A stretch of 63,981 bases of DNA, filler included, from Phoronis australis (GCA_002633005.1; 8 parts of 8 records of this genome joined end to end with filler, not necessarily neighbours in it), one strand, 5' to 3'; positions 12,912-25,479 are shown, counted from the whole stretch's first letter. Notes: generated by a model from the letters alone, not told the origin. Numbers and translations are program-made.

Positions 12912-14005
12912 GTGACAGTGTAATTTAATACTACATGTAAAAAGACTTGGGAGCTTATCGAAAATAGTTACGCCCAAAGCAGTTAGGAATAGTGCACTCA
13001 CATTCCTAACTTTCAAAAACAACGTGCTTAAAACAATTTATAACAGAAAATAACGAATGGGTGAAGTCCGCTCAAAAATAGCCCCCCAAACTCACAAGAA
13101 TGGAAAGCAACAGAAGTTTCAACGGCATTGATTTCGATGCCAGATATTACAAAGCAATGTCCGTTTGAAAATACGGCATCTGCATGGCTGTGTTTGCCGC
13201 CATGAAGTCTTGCTTGCGGTATTGTGGCCCAGATCCTGACCTGCGGCTGTTAGCTTATCCGACATCAGTTGGGTGAGGTGAGGAGATACATTTATGTTGT
13301 AATAAAGTTTAAAAATTAATTACAATACCAAATCCACGAATTGAGTGATGGTTTGGATATTAATAGTTATAATTGTGCTTGTTTTGTTTTGTTTTGGTTA
13401 TGATATTTGACGAAGACAGTGAAAAATCAGTCCTTTTCACGATTGTTATAATCTGTTGTAAACGATGAATCCAACAAAAATGCCCTTGTCACGGATGTCA
13501 CCCTGGCATTTTAGTGCCATAAAAGGATTTGTCTACGTAGACGAGCCTGCAGACGGTCAAAGGATAACCGCTACGAGCATTTGGTGAGATTTCTATGTCA
13601 ATACTGAGGATGAGATTCAACAGGGATGTTTACCACATCCACAAAGATCCCGAGTTTGGAAAAATGGTATATTTTTCTAGATTACTTGTTATCAAGAATG
13701 TGGACGTCTCCTCGCATCATAAGAAAACGGCAGAGCCATGAATCAAAATAACATGAACTCTTTACCTAAAGTAGTGTTTTCATTTCAAGGGGTGAAAGTG
13801 TCGTGAATAATATGTTTAGTTCTGTGCGCTGCAAACAGTTTGATTTTAAAACATAATAGTTTTCAACACTGCAGAGACATGATAATCTCTTTCGAACGAG
13901 GATCATCGCTTATACAATTGAAATCGTGAACATAAAAACGAAACTTTTTATTTTCTAAAACAAATATGAGAAGACGTATGTTGTAGTTTATTCGGATGAA
14001 TGCAG

Positions 14006-14358
14006 AATGGGTAACTACTGTTACAATTCCTTTCAGTATGATGAGAGAAAGCGTTGGTCCCATGCCAACTTTGGCAGAGAAATTTTCCCGCACTTGGATG
14101 ACCCCAACTGGGGGCTGTACCATTCCGGCTTCTCCTTCGGCAAAGGCAGTTCGGACAGTCCCGGTTTCGTTCCCGGCGTCAATAAAGAGGCTCGCGTGGC
14201 TGTGATTCACACCTTTGCACACCCAGATGTACCCCCAAGGATCTACCGTCACTATTCCCCAGGAGTACTGTATAGAGCAGGGGGTCAAGATGGGAGCGAT
14301 ATGCAAGGATCTGAAGGATAAAAAACCAGCTTTGTGTCGCGACATTTTCAATGTTTAA
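14006..14358 (+). pseudogene. Frameshifted terminal exon of a FAM111-like trypsin-fold serine protease
   Basis: GLYHSGFSFGKGSSDSPGF...VAVIHTFAHP resembles the FAM111 catalytic-Ser region (GxSGSPVF...LVAMH). In the +1 frame from about 14227, QEYCIEQGVKMGAICKDLKDK...FNV* resembles the FAM111 tail (IEFGSTMESILLDI, recalled). Confidence 0.7.
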
Positions 14359-15756
14359 ATGGTCTCTTCTCAGTGTATTTGCAGTTGCACGGTAGAAGCA
14401 GCTTAGTGTTAGGTGTGACAGAACTCTGACTCTGCCAGTGTGGTGAGGTTTAATAAGAAGAATATGTATTACTTGTTTGCCCTATTGTCAACAATAATCA
14501 GGTCTGCTTTCGCCAGCGTACACGACTATATATCGCTTTCGTCAATGTTGAGCCAACCCCACAAACAAATAGCAACCTATGTAACTAAAGTCGTGAATTT
14601 TTTTAACGTTAGGCATTATATTGTATAAATTTCTTATATGTCCTTTCCTACTGCCTCCATTTTCTTTCACACGTTTGTTATTTTTTCAATCTGTTCGTTT
14701 CATTGGGCTATCGTAACTTTATATTAGTTTGTAACCATCGTTCGTGCTTTGATAATCAATAAACAAATAATACTACAACTGCTACTGCTACTGCTATAAA
14801 CCCTTTTTTCTCTTTTAACTAATCTTGACATGCGTCCGCAATACATCTCTCCCACAAACGGACTCAAGTGATCTCATTCAAATCCTAGACAAACTATCAG
14901 CAATAGTGTTTTCCTTTCCTTTGACATGCAGAACATCAAGGTCGAGCTCCTGCACAATGAGACTGCACCTAAGTATCCTCTGATTTTCGCTTCATTTTAT
15001 TTCAAAAAAATAGTGGGTTATGATCAGTATATACAATCAACAGTGAACGTATAGAAGAGACATCAACTTCAAATTGCTGCAGTTCTAAAATCAGTGCAAA
15101 AGACTCCTTTTCAATGGTTGAGTAACCCCTCTAGCGTCTATTGAACTTCTTAGAAAAATAACATACAAGGTGATCTAATCGATTCACAAATTAGTGATAC
15201 GAGTGTCTTAGCCGCGATGTTGAAGAAAACTCATTCTCTAATTTTTCTTAAAATTCATAGATGTTAAAATACTAAGACCTCAACTATTTACTTTTCTTCT
15301 ATTCTAAAAAGGGTTATGTTTGTCGTTTGCCTTACTTGTTCGTTTTTTTACTTTGAAACTCGTAAGCTAAGCAGGCGTTTACGAACGCAATTATTTCATT
15401 CAACACGTTCAGCCAAGCCTATGAATTCAGTTAAAAATTGCGTATGAATGTTGAACTAACGAACACGGTTAAGACATGTAAAAGTTTCATTATTTTGACC
15501 AAAAAGTTTTTTCACTAAATAATTAAAAGAAAGCTGTCAGATTTGGAAGTGTTTCATTTAGACAGGGCAAATATGTTGCATATAATGTAAACTTGTGAGA
15601 AACCCACACAGAACTAGGGTGAGTTTCAAAAACAGCAAAAAAGGACAACGATGAGTCTTTCAAGTTGAAAAAGAGGAAGAAAAGCCAATTCAAATGCGAT
15701 AGCCTTGCAAGTGACTATCACCAAAAAATCAAATCTACAGTATAATACTAAAAGTT

Positions 15757-15890
15757 CGAACTTTAAAATCTGTGCATATGTACAAACAACATACTGATCG
15801 ACGTTTCGGTTTATTGTCTATAAATAAAAGACACAAGTTCACAATATTCCAATCAGGCGACACAGGTGGAGAACAGACTGTGCAGGTACA
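15757..15890 (-). mobile_element. Partial copy of the MITE at 50938-51131
   Basis: Shares the terminal cgaactttaaaatc...gacgtttcggtttattgtct and the internal cacaatattccaatcagg.gacacaggt, reverse-complementary to 51025-51053. Confidence 0.75.
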
Positions 15891-16049
15891 TGTCAAAATG
15901 CATTGTGAGGGGAGAGACCAGAAATCAAAACAGTTGGACCTCAAATAATCCAAAGTTTCTATTGAAATAAGGCTGTGTAGGATTCAACCGTATATGCATA
16001 GCCGAATTTATGAGAAGCCTGTAGGGTGGCATTATCCNNNNNNNNNNNN

Positions 16050-16071
16050 TGTGTGTGTGTGTGTGTGTGTT
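16050..16071. repeat. (TG)n microsatellite at a gap edge
   Basis: Direct reading. Confidence 0.95.
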
Positions 16072-16932
16072 AACAGTGTTCTGATGCTAATAAATTGTTC
16101 ACATTCATTAAAGTTGAGTTGATACACAACATGACGTTAAGAATTATACCCAATGATGTTTTAGTCTAGACAATGACAAAAAGTCTGTTTACATGTTTTT
16201 TAGTATTTCAATACCAGAAAACCTGATTTCAGACGAAATTTTGCTGCTACGAAGCCGTCACCATCTCCCGAGAGATCATCCGCAAACTTTTTACTGCATG
16301 AATAGGAGCAGTGTGTTTGTGTCATCACGAACACTGTTTTTAAAATGACGACAGACTTTTTTTGTTTGAAATGGCTGAGAATTACGCAAAAGGAGACGTT
16401 TATTAATTTTTTTTCACTTCAACTCACATAACAAACAAGGTGAGTGTAGACTGATTCTCAGATATGCACCATCGTTTATCTTTAGCTTTACATGCTGATA
16501 GGCCCCTAGTCACGTCGAGATGACGAGCTGAGCTACCCGGGTTGTGTGAGATTTCGGTGTCTAACGGAGCTCAGCACACACCTACCTAGCTGTAAGTTGA
16601 GTGTCTTCAATAAAATTTATACAGCTTGGTGGCTTTCTACCTTAGTAGAGATGTGCATTTACATGACATATGTATATACCTTGTTTATAATAGAGTATTT
16701 TTGAACGCATCCTTAGTTTTCACTTTAAAGAATACCTGATTATTGTACATTATGCCAAATGTTCTGCAAACAAATTTTTGTTGCCTGTGGCAGTGGAACC
16801 CCGCAACACTGCCTAAATCTGATAAGTTCTGATTGAACCTTAAATATAAAACGGAAGAAATGTTCCCGTCTCTTGCGAATAGCATTGACCACTTGAAGGT
16901 GTAGCTATTTCCCATATACTACATATGTACCT

Positions 16933-16964
16933 GTTACCCGTGAAAAAGCACGGGTAACTGCTAG
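16933..16964 (+). mobile_element. Helitron-type 3' terminus
   Basis: Perfect 10-bp hairpin gttacccgtg-aaaaag-cacgggtaac followed by tg-CTAG and then T; 5' end not defined. Confidence 0.65.
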
Positions 16965-17420
16965 TTGAATATAAAATGATTCTCTTTAATAGCAGCGTTG
17001 AGCAATTTCTGAAGTTGTGGTCTAGTTAAATTACACACAGTGTTGATGTTAGTAAGCACTTTGTAGAAGCAAACTTTTGCGGTACGTGTACAGGAGTATT
17101 CGTAAACAAGCTAACAACATCGAAACTAACCATATAAAGCCTTTGGCGTAGCCTTAATGTCATTGACGAACTCAAATGAGTCTCTAAGACAATACTTCGA
17201 GTCACAAAGGTGAGTCAAGATCCTAACTAAAGCCTAGCAAGGCTGTCAGTGTAGGACCCAATGCAGGATACTATCAGTCTAATGGAATACCAGGCTTATG
17301 GGTTTTCGGTAAGCCGTGCATTTTAGCAGGTTGTGAGCGGGTAGGGCGAATACTGTCATAAGTGTGCTGATTAATGGCATTGTTATTTTTCAAGTTGCGA
17401 ACATAATTGGATTCACGTTT
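16965..17420 (-). mobile_element. Penelope-like element reverse transcriptase remnant
   Basis: Manual translation across frameshifts: YDSIRPTRSQPAKMHGLPKTHKPGIPL, IVSCIGSYT, LRDSFEFVNDIK, MVSFDVVSLFTNTPV, LQKLLNAAIKENHFIFN. GLPKxHK and SFDVxSLFT are typical Penelope RT motifs. Confidence 0.88.
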
Positions 17421-18707
17421 AACAGTCTAATATTAATGTTCGTGCTTCTGTTCTGGCCTAAATCAAATGAGATTAATTTAGATAAGACCGTCAAAATCTA
17501 ATTATGATTGTATACATTGTCAGCATAAAGGGGCTACTTTTGCAAGTTTTTACTAAGTAGGAAACTTGGAGGTTTTTATGCTCAGGTTCAATAGATAGGT
17601 GATAGATGGTGACGTCATAAGCTAGTTTGGATGCGACATCATGCATACCAATGGCTGTAAAAGTGCTTAAAGTTTTCACAAATATTCTAACTGTAAAATT
17701 AATGACACATATCCTTACCTCCATTCTGTACAATCCAAGAGTTTACACCAGAATTTAATCACGCAAGTAACTTATTGACCGGATAAAATGCGCACAATTC
17801 AAGTTGGACAACTTGGCGACATGATTTGCAGAACTGAAAGGCAAGTTCCACCGGCTACGTTGTCATCGGTGTAGGCACGCTGCTACCAAAAGGCAGTTTT
17901 ATAAAAATTTCCGGTGCTTGTGCCATAACTATTATGAATATTCTATTTATTTCAATGTGAAGTGCCCATTCAATTGACATTGCACTTTGCTGAAAAATAG
18001 TTGAAGTTGTTTTGAAATTGTTTTTGTTTGAAAATCAAAATTTCTTCAAGATATGATTATGCGTCACAGTAGGACACATATTTTTCTAAATTTTATGCAT
18101 AAATTGTGCTTTTGACTAATGTAACTAGCTACATTCTGCTTCAGGATATATCAAAGCAAAAAAATGTGAAAATATTAAATTACATATATATGAATAGGTT
18201 ACATTACGCCGACCCTTCAGCCTCATAGCATCATACTTTTTTATAATGCTTGTCAAATAATAGCTTAGGAAGAACGCTTTCATGATACTCATTAGCCATG
18301 GTAACAATAATGCATGTCTACTTTCATACTCAAGGTGATTTTAGACCGGTATCCCAAAGCTTTTTGGGGAATGAAAAGGTAACCAATTTTCTTTGGTGCC
18401 ACAGTGCTCTATGGGTATCCTGATGCTTGGAAATGGCCGTCTGGCAGGTTCGCTCTGGTGGGTGTGGTCAGGGGAGCCAAGAGAATTACACTCAAAAATT
18501 GAGCTAGATCAACTTTTCTGGTAACCACTTAAAACTGCCTTCGATACCTGCTACGTCATCCATTGTATCAAAATTGGTCACTGCCAGACAATTTCAGTGG
18601 TGGGGAGTACCCGCTTGATCAATTCAAGAAGTAACTGCTTGAAACCAGTCGCAAAATATTCACCGTAAGCCCAGGTATCACGAATGAACACTGCCAGACA
18701 AATCTAC

Positions 18708-18807
18708 NNNNNNNNNNNNNNNNNNNNNNNNNNNNNNNNNNNNNNNNNNNNTTAATTAATTAANNNNNNNNNNNNNNNNNNNNNNNNNNNNNNNNNNNNN
18801 NNNNNNN
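18708..18807. other. Assembly gap with six-frame-stop spacer (also 25278-25377, 40525-40624, 45945-46044, 53093-53192, 58557-58656, 62459-62558)
   Basis: N-run + TTAATTAATTAA + N-run, 100 bp, same layout seven times. Confidence 0.95.
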
Positions 18808-20197
18808 TACGTCAAATACGTATGAAACAGGGGGACATGCTGTCATTATAACTAATAATGGTTCTTCACTTATTTAGCACATAATATGGTGAACCAGTGA
18901 ATTTTTTGTAAAATTTTCCTAACAAACATAAACATAAAGAAAATTTCATCAGTCACTCTGTTGTTAGCATGGTTTGTTGGGTGCAGATGTCATATACAAA
19001 GATTTAGTCAAGTTTCTAATATTTGCATTAAAGTAATCAACATTTGAACAATAAAAAATGACAATTTTGATGATCATTTTTGAGCCAAATTTCATAAACG
19101 TCCATCAAGGAACTCCAATTCGTTGACATCAAGTTAAACGCAAAGAAAAACAAAATTGCCAGTAGGGGAATCCTAAGTAGTAGCAAAGTTACCTTTCCAA
19201 CCATCATCAGTTACACTCTCCTCAATAGAAGCACAGTCACATAAATTTTAAGAAAATTCATCAAGGAACTTAGTAGATGTTGATGCACAGGCAAAAAAAC
19301 AAAATTGCTACTAGAGTGTGGTACAGCTACGAGTTGGACATGTCCGAAACTTATCGTCACCCATACAATTTCTGTAGGAACACACAGGCTAATGTTCATA
19401 ATGATTCTTGGAAAGGTTTTCTGACAGACACAACGAACAGATTAAAAAATAATTAAAACAGACACTAGGCAAGGGTAATTTTAGGAGTGCGCTCTGTGTT
19501 ATTGGTGCAAAAATATCTTCATTGATGCACAGCGATTGCTTAGCTCGGGCCAATGGGCCCATTGGTGGAAGTGAGGAAGGACAAAAAATACCAGGACCAA
19601 TTGGTCCTCCATAGACTTGAGGCTGCGTGGGTCAATTCACCTGTGCCTATGTTTTTCTAAAATGATCCCTGTTATGATGTTAGCATGCAGTACAACAAAT
19701 CCATCCAAAAATATTAAGATGTCATCAACTTTCTAGTCTGAACATATAGAGGAAAACAGACAGCCATAGTCAGATCTGTCCGAAAATCATCATTTTGTTT
19801 TCACATTTACAAAAATACGCTTGCCAAATATCCTGCAAGGGGTTTAAAAAATGCAGCTGCAAATGCAAAAAAGCAAAACTTCCATTAGGGAGGCCACAAT
19901 AGTTGGAGCCATCTGAAATGACCATGAGCCCTATTCTTCCCAATAGAAAAATCATATTGCCATTTTCCATAATGATCCTTAAAGAAGATTGGCTGATAGA
20001 GAGGTGATTGCCTAAAACGCACTCAAACACAGTAAAATTACCATACCTATATGCCAAACTTCACAAAAATCTGTTAAGGAACTCTGAAGATACAGAGGCA
20101 AATGTAATAAAAAATAAATTTGCCACTGGCAGAAACAGTTGGATTCTTCCTAAAATTCGAGAGATACAGGAGTATTAAATGTGCCCACAACTGTTTA

Positions 20198-20250
<53 letters not shown>
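20198..20250. repeat. (TG)n microsatellite
   Basis: Direct reading. Confidence 0.97.
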
Positions 20251-20252
<2 letters not shown>

Positions 20253-22501
20253 ATAATTGTAGCCGCATCATGACAACTGACATTAAAATTACACATTTAT
20301 TTGTTTTGTATAGGTTTGCAGTATCAGAGAATCTTTCTGAATGTCTCGTTTGGCAGTGGTTTTGCGCATTACCTTCACTAATTAGTTTGGTCTAATGTGT
20401 GGGAGCACTGCTGAGTTGACAGAAACATACACCAACCAGCAGGCTATATGCATTAAATGCCTGACACATCATTGTGTGGTTATCTTTTAAATGGACATCT
20501 GGCACGATAAGTCTTCATTAAACCATGCTGGCAAATGTTGGCAAATCATCTTCACAAAATCAAATCAGTTGTCTTGACACAGTTTCAGCAAAAAGTTTAG
20601 TAACACTGCACAGTTAGACTGTATCTGAAGCCAATTTGCATGAGGTAATTTCTAGTGGTAGGCCAGGCTTGGCGGCAGTTTTGAGATATGCATTACAAGT
20701 AATTTCAGTGAATTTGGTTCGCTTTAATTTGTGAACATGACGTGAATGAAAAAAGTTCAGCTATATGGAGGCTCCCGGTAATACTATAGCATTACTGCTC
20801 AGTGTCCAAGGAATCAGCTGCGATTTCAAGAAGCCTTCAAACAACCAGAAACTGCAAAAGATCTGACTGGACAGCAAACATTAAACATTATTTTTAATAT
20901 TTTGCACTAGACAACTTTCCGTTGTTGCACTACAGTAATCATAGGCAAAGTAATTACTGTGGTGCAGAACTACGAATTTACAAAGAATTCGGGCTACAAG
21001 GTGGAAATGGTGGTGCAGATGAGGGTGAGGACCAGGTGGATTCCAGTATAAAACCATTTTCAACGTGCCTCCCACAACGTTTACGTTCCAACGAGCCAAG
21101 TTGTTCACTCATCGAAATGCGTGAACAACAGAGTGCTAAACCAGAGTAGCACAGCATTGGGCATGATGGCCATTACCCAGCTGAACTACCATATATGCAA
21201 TGCTCCATACATCATTCAGTAAATATGCAACTTTAAGCAAACTGGCATCTAAGTATTATATTGAGGTGAATATGAGGCACAACAAACCATGACATAGTCT
21301 TCATCAACCACTTACGTAATCAACATATAGGATTCACTGCATACCAGTCAATTTCCAAGTTGTGAACAAATTACACTGTCCGCATAGCTTGAAAGACCCA
21401 CCATCACATCACAAATAAATTTATAGTGTGTCAGTTTCAATCACACAAACTTGAAATAAGCAGGACTAAAACCAGAAACTGGTTAATGCATTGTTGGCTG
21501 GAGTGACTACCTGACTTGGCCGCAGCTGACATATTTTTGCTTTTTCTATCGCTATCGCCACCAGAGGCACAAGTTTGAGCCTGGGCACTTCCGGAATTAC
21601 AGTTTTTACTCTTTCCCTCTGGTTTAAAGTTGCATATGAAGTTAATCCTTTAGTAGCACTTTGTCTCCTATTCAAATACAGTATACCTCGGATAATACGC
21701 CAACGCATAAACCGACATTTTGCTTTTGTCATCACTTTTGCAAGTGCTGATTTATTTGCTATTTGAATAGTTACATGTAAATTACTATTCCTAATTCATC
21801 CCGTATACTCCTTCTTTTCAGTTAAACCACAGTCCTTACTTCTTATCATAATGGTAGATTGAAATTCTACTTTCCTTGTTCAATCCATCACATGGTCCCA
21901 TACTGCAGGGTGATTTCATTACATGGGTTGTGGCAATCTGCAGGCTTTTTTACCCCACATTACACCAAGACAGTGAAATTTAATCATTTCTATGCAAGTC
22001 TTTAAGTAGTGTGGCTAGAGTGGTCCTGTTAAGCATGCCTCCAAAGTTGGTATGGCTAAACTGCCAAACCGCCTTGATCTCAAAAGTGATGGAAGATCTA
22101 GGGAGTTGTATGCATAACTCATTAAAACAAACTTTCATTGTTAATTGGCGTGTTTGAAGTGCTAAAGGTGTGAAGTGAGTGGTAAACACACCCATTGAAG
22201 TCTACAAACAAAGGACAATTAACACTTTGCAGGTTGAGGAACCACTAGTGCCACCTTTGGATCATACCATTTAGATGTTATTGCTTCAACACTCGGCGAA
22301 TTAACCTTTACATTCATAGGCCAGTAAACAGTTGCAACCAATCAGATCTTATAGCAGGGAATGACCACACACAGTGTTCAATACCTTAACTGGAGACATC
22401 TAAGTGACATTCACAAAGAAACAAACAGAAGCTTAGTTTTGAAGATGCACCATCTGGTTCTTAAGTAAACAATGTGATTAGGACAACCTACATAAACATA
22501 C

Positions 22502-22619
22502 CTGGCATTGAGACGTCAGGTTTCTGAGCTTTCACTCTCTCTAGCCATTTGGCACATGATGCAAACGAGGTTTCACTGGTGACATCAAAAACCACCATCA
22601 CCATTGAAGGTTGGGTCCA
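22502..22619 (-). CDS. IFT27: IFT27 (RABL4) internal exon, 118 nt
   Basis: ctacag|...|gtatgt; WTQPSMVMVVFDVTSETSFASCAKWLERVKAQKPDVSMP(G) aligns with human IFT27 [39 protein letters not shown] (recalled). Confidence 0.93.
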
Positions 22620-23020
22620 CTGTAGAACAGGTATAACAAGCATTAGCCAAAACCAGACTGGTATTAAAATTAGAACAGGTTTAAAAACACGTTACCAAGA
22701 GATATCAAAAGCTCGGAGCAAAAGTAATAAGAAGTGGACACATTCCAAAAAGTATAGGCAGTAAAATTAATATGGGTTCTTTCAGATAGTCCTAAAACTT
22801 ACATTGTGAAGGAAATGTAGAAAGCTTAAAACAGGCCAAACGTTAAAGGATAGCTCTGAGTCCAATGACAGTCATTTTCAATGTAATGGACTATGTCCAG
22901 CCAATTTCCAAGTGAAAGCATTAAATGTCATGGTAACACAGGTGATGTGCAAACTGAACAGAACCTCAGCACCTCCTTCTGATATTCTAAACATGCAAGA
23001 GAAATTGTAAAACAACTTAC

Positions 23021-23080
23021 AAATTTCTGAACCAGATCTGAAAAACACTCCTTTCCAGCTGAGTCGTAAATGTAGATTTC
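23021..23080 (-). CDS. IFT27: IFT27 internal exon, 60 nt (G3 motif)
   Basis: tttttcag|...|gtaagt; EIYIYDSAGKECFSDLVQKF, with the DSAGKE variant of IFT27 rather than Rab DTAGQE. Confidence 0.93.
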
Positions 23081-23592
23081 CTGAAAAAGATTCGATTATC
23101 AGAATAGTTTCTGTAAACTCGCATAGAAATTCAGGAAATGACATTTTCCAGACTTGAGAAGAACGCACAGACTACACACAAAATAAATAGAACACTGCAT
23201 ACATCAGCTACCAACCAGATCCTACAAATGATTTTAAGTATTTAAAAAAACTAACAGACAGTGCTCATCCTAATATCAGTGAGTGTTGTTACATCTACAC
23301 AAACAAGGAGAAATAGTTTGAAAATAAACAACTTGTCTCAATAGTACTCACGATTACTTCCACTTTTTAAACATTCTTATACAAAGCTCATGTTTTAAGA
23401 TCAGTAATTTCTGTTCCAGGTATTGCATAGTTCTTAACATATATTCTGTATTTGAAGGTGAAGGGTGCTGTCAAATGTTCAGAATTCCTGTGCCTTCCTC
23501 CAGAGAGGAAACATTACCTGCAATACAGACATCACTAATCCCGTTACACTGTGCAAGTAACTCGAGATTTAATCTTAAGCAGATAAACTCAC

Positions 23593-23652
23593 CACTGAGT
23601 CTGTTGAATCCTTTACGTTCACAGACTTAACACACAGTTCCACTCCAACTGT
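23593..23652 (-). CDS. IFT27: IFT27 internal exon, 60 nt
   Basis: tattgtag|...|gtgagt; TVGVELCVKSVNVKDSTDSV versus human [20 protein letters not shown] (recalled). Confidence 0.92.
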
Positions 23653-24707
23653 CTACAATACAAGAGTAACTGTTACAAACAAAAATCACTGTAAATTAAA
23701 ACTATGGCTTAGAAAATTGGCACCCATTTTTAAAGACATTACCTTGAGAGACAAAAAGCCACAGTACAATTTTACACATTAAAATAAACAGGGGAACAGT
23801 GTCCCTTCACAATCATTCTGGACCTGATACTTTGCTTCCTATAACTGCCAGTTTCTCGATGTAATTAACAAAAATAATTGCCAACTTTTTTCATTTTTTC
23901 AAAGAATTCCAACATTGAATGTCTACAACTTTTCAAAATATTGTCTGTAAAAGGCTATGGTACAGACCTTAGAAATGACAAGTCCTCATTCTAATACAGT
24001 AGCAGAATGGTGCTTTGTCATTTTCAAGCTCTTTACCATGTCTATCATTTAAAGAAAATGAGGAAACAAAATTTCACCTGTCCACAGTATTGTGTCACAA
24101 ATTGGTGAGATTTTACTGTTAGAACTGTCCACTGGACCCGAATCTTTTTAAAATGTCAGAATTCACATAAATTATATGTTAAGTAACAAATTACAATATT
24201 ATGCGTAAGAAAACGGAGGGTGATAAAAAGTACTATTTAACAAGATCAGTGCAAAGCCTTGTTATGCATTCACAATACACCACATTACTGCGTTTCTACC
24301 GGTGCTCATCAGTTTCATGTAATATTGCCAACTAACCCCCATGAGATGCACTATTCTTGACGGGGCTTAGGCTTAAATACCACTGGCTAACTAAGCACAA
24401 AAGGCTGGATCGTATCGCAATGTGATGCTCCAACTCTGTAAGAGACAACCATGAAACGGTGGTGGTTTCTTGTATTTGTTTTTGCCCACAGAAAGACTCC
24501 GCCTTCCTTCATATTCTTTGCCTAAAAATGTCAACTTTTCCCTTAAAGCAATTTCACTAAAGGCTAACCATACAAAAGTATAACAAAAGTGTCGAAGGGC
24601 TGTGGTAAGCAATCACTTTTTTAATTTGTGCTCTAACAAATGCTTTGATCAGATGTCAGATCCGTAAGCAACACCGAGCAATGCTCAGCCAAGTGTGGGT
24701 ACATTAC

Positions 24708-24787
24708 CATTGTGTAATTCTTTGGAAAATGGGCACCATCACTGTGAAACACCTGCGTTATTGCACTTTTACCAACTGTGGAGTCAC
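24708..24787 (-). CDS. IFT27: IFT27 internal exon, 80 nt (P-loop)
   Basis: ttttttcag|...|gtaatg; (G)DSTVGKSAITQVFHSDGAHFPKNYTM. All four exons splice in frame. Confidence 0.93.
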
Positions 24788-25441
24788 CTGAAAAAATTAC
24801 CAGCAAACGATCAAAAGCTAATTTATGTCATGCGTTGGTTTTGAACGAAATAAAAATCAAAAGAGTAATAAGAAGTATAAGGATACAGTAAAATATCAAT
24901 TTCAGACAAAAAATTCCAAAGCTGGTCAATCAGTTTCCATTTTTTCAAATTTTAAAGCTTCAAAAATTATTGTGAATGCTTACAGCTTCTCAAAAGATTG
25001 TTTGATACTAGCTGTAGAATAGAACTTAATCATGCTCAAAGCAATTATTTGATGAAAATGAAAAAATAAATTTCACTTGTCCACCATATTGTGTCCAAAA
25101 CTGGTGAGATATTACTGTAACCAAAGACAACATGGATATTCTTGCAATCTATGGTGCAACAATGGTCCACAGTCATTAAACTCAAGACAACATAGACTAG
25201 TGTCTCTCACAAAATGCTGGAATACATATTCAGTGGTTGAAAACATCTAGACACCTTAAGTTAATGCTAACAGTGTTNNNNNNNNNNNNNNNNNNNNNNN
25301 NNNNNNNNNNNNNNNNNNNNNTTAATTAATTAANNNNNNNNNNNNNNNNNNNNNNNNNNNNNNNNNNNNNNNNNNNNTAAGTCGCTAAAAGCTTTCTAAA
25401 ATTCAGTTCATGGAAATTTCTTCGTTCAGAAGCATTTGTTT

Positions 25442-25479
25442 GTTTACACGGCAATTAGACATGTCACGTGACTAGTAAC
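25442..25479. promoter_or_regulatory. Candidate IFT27 promoter motifs: two X-box-like sites and a palindromic E-box
   Basis: gtttac-ac-ggcaat (25442-25455), gtgactagtaac (25468-25479), gtcacgtgac (25463-25472), just upstream of the gap that may hold exon 1. Confidence 0.4.

Noticed and set aside
13863-14351. 162-aa minus-strand ORF
   Set aside because: Antisense to the protease-like exon; no motif of its own.
18752-18763. Recurring TTAATTAATTAA palindrome as a biological motif or CRISPR-like repeat
   Set aside because: Always centred in 100-bp N gaps and gives stops in all six frames; a scaffolding spacer.
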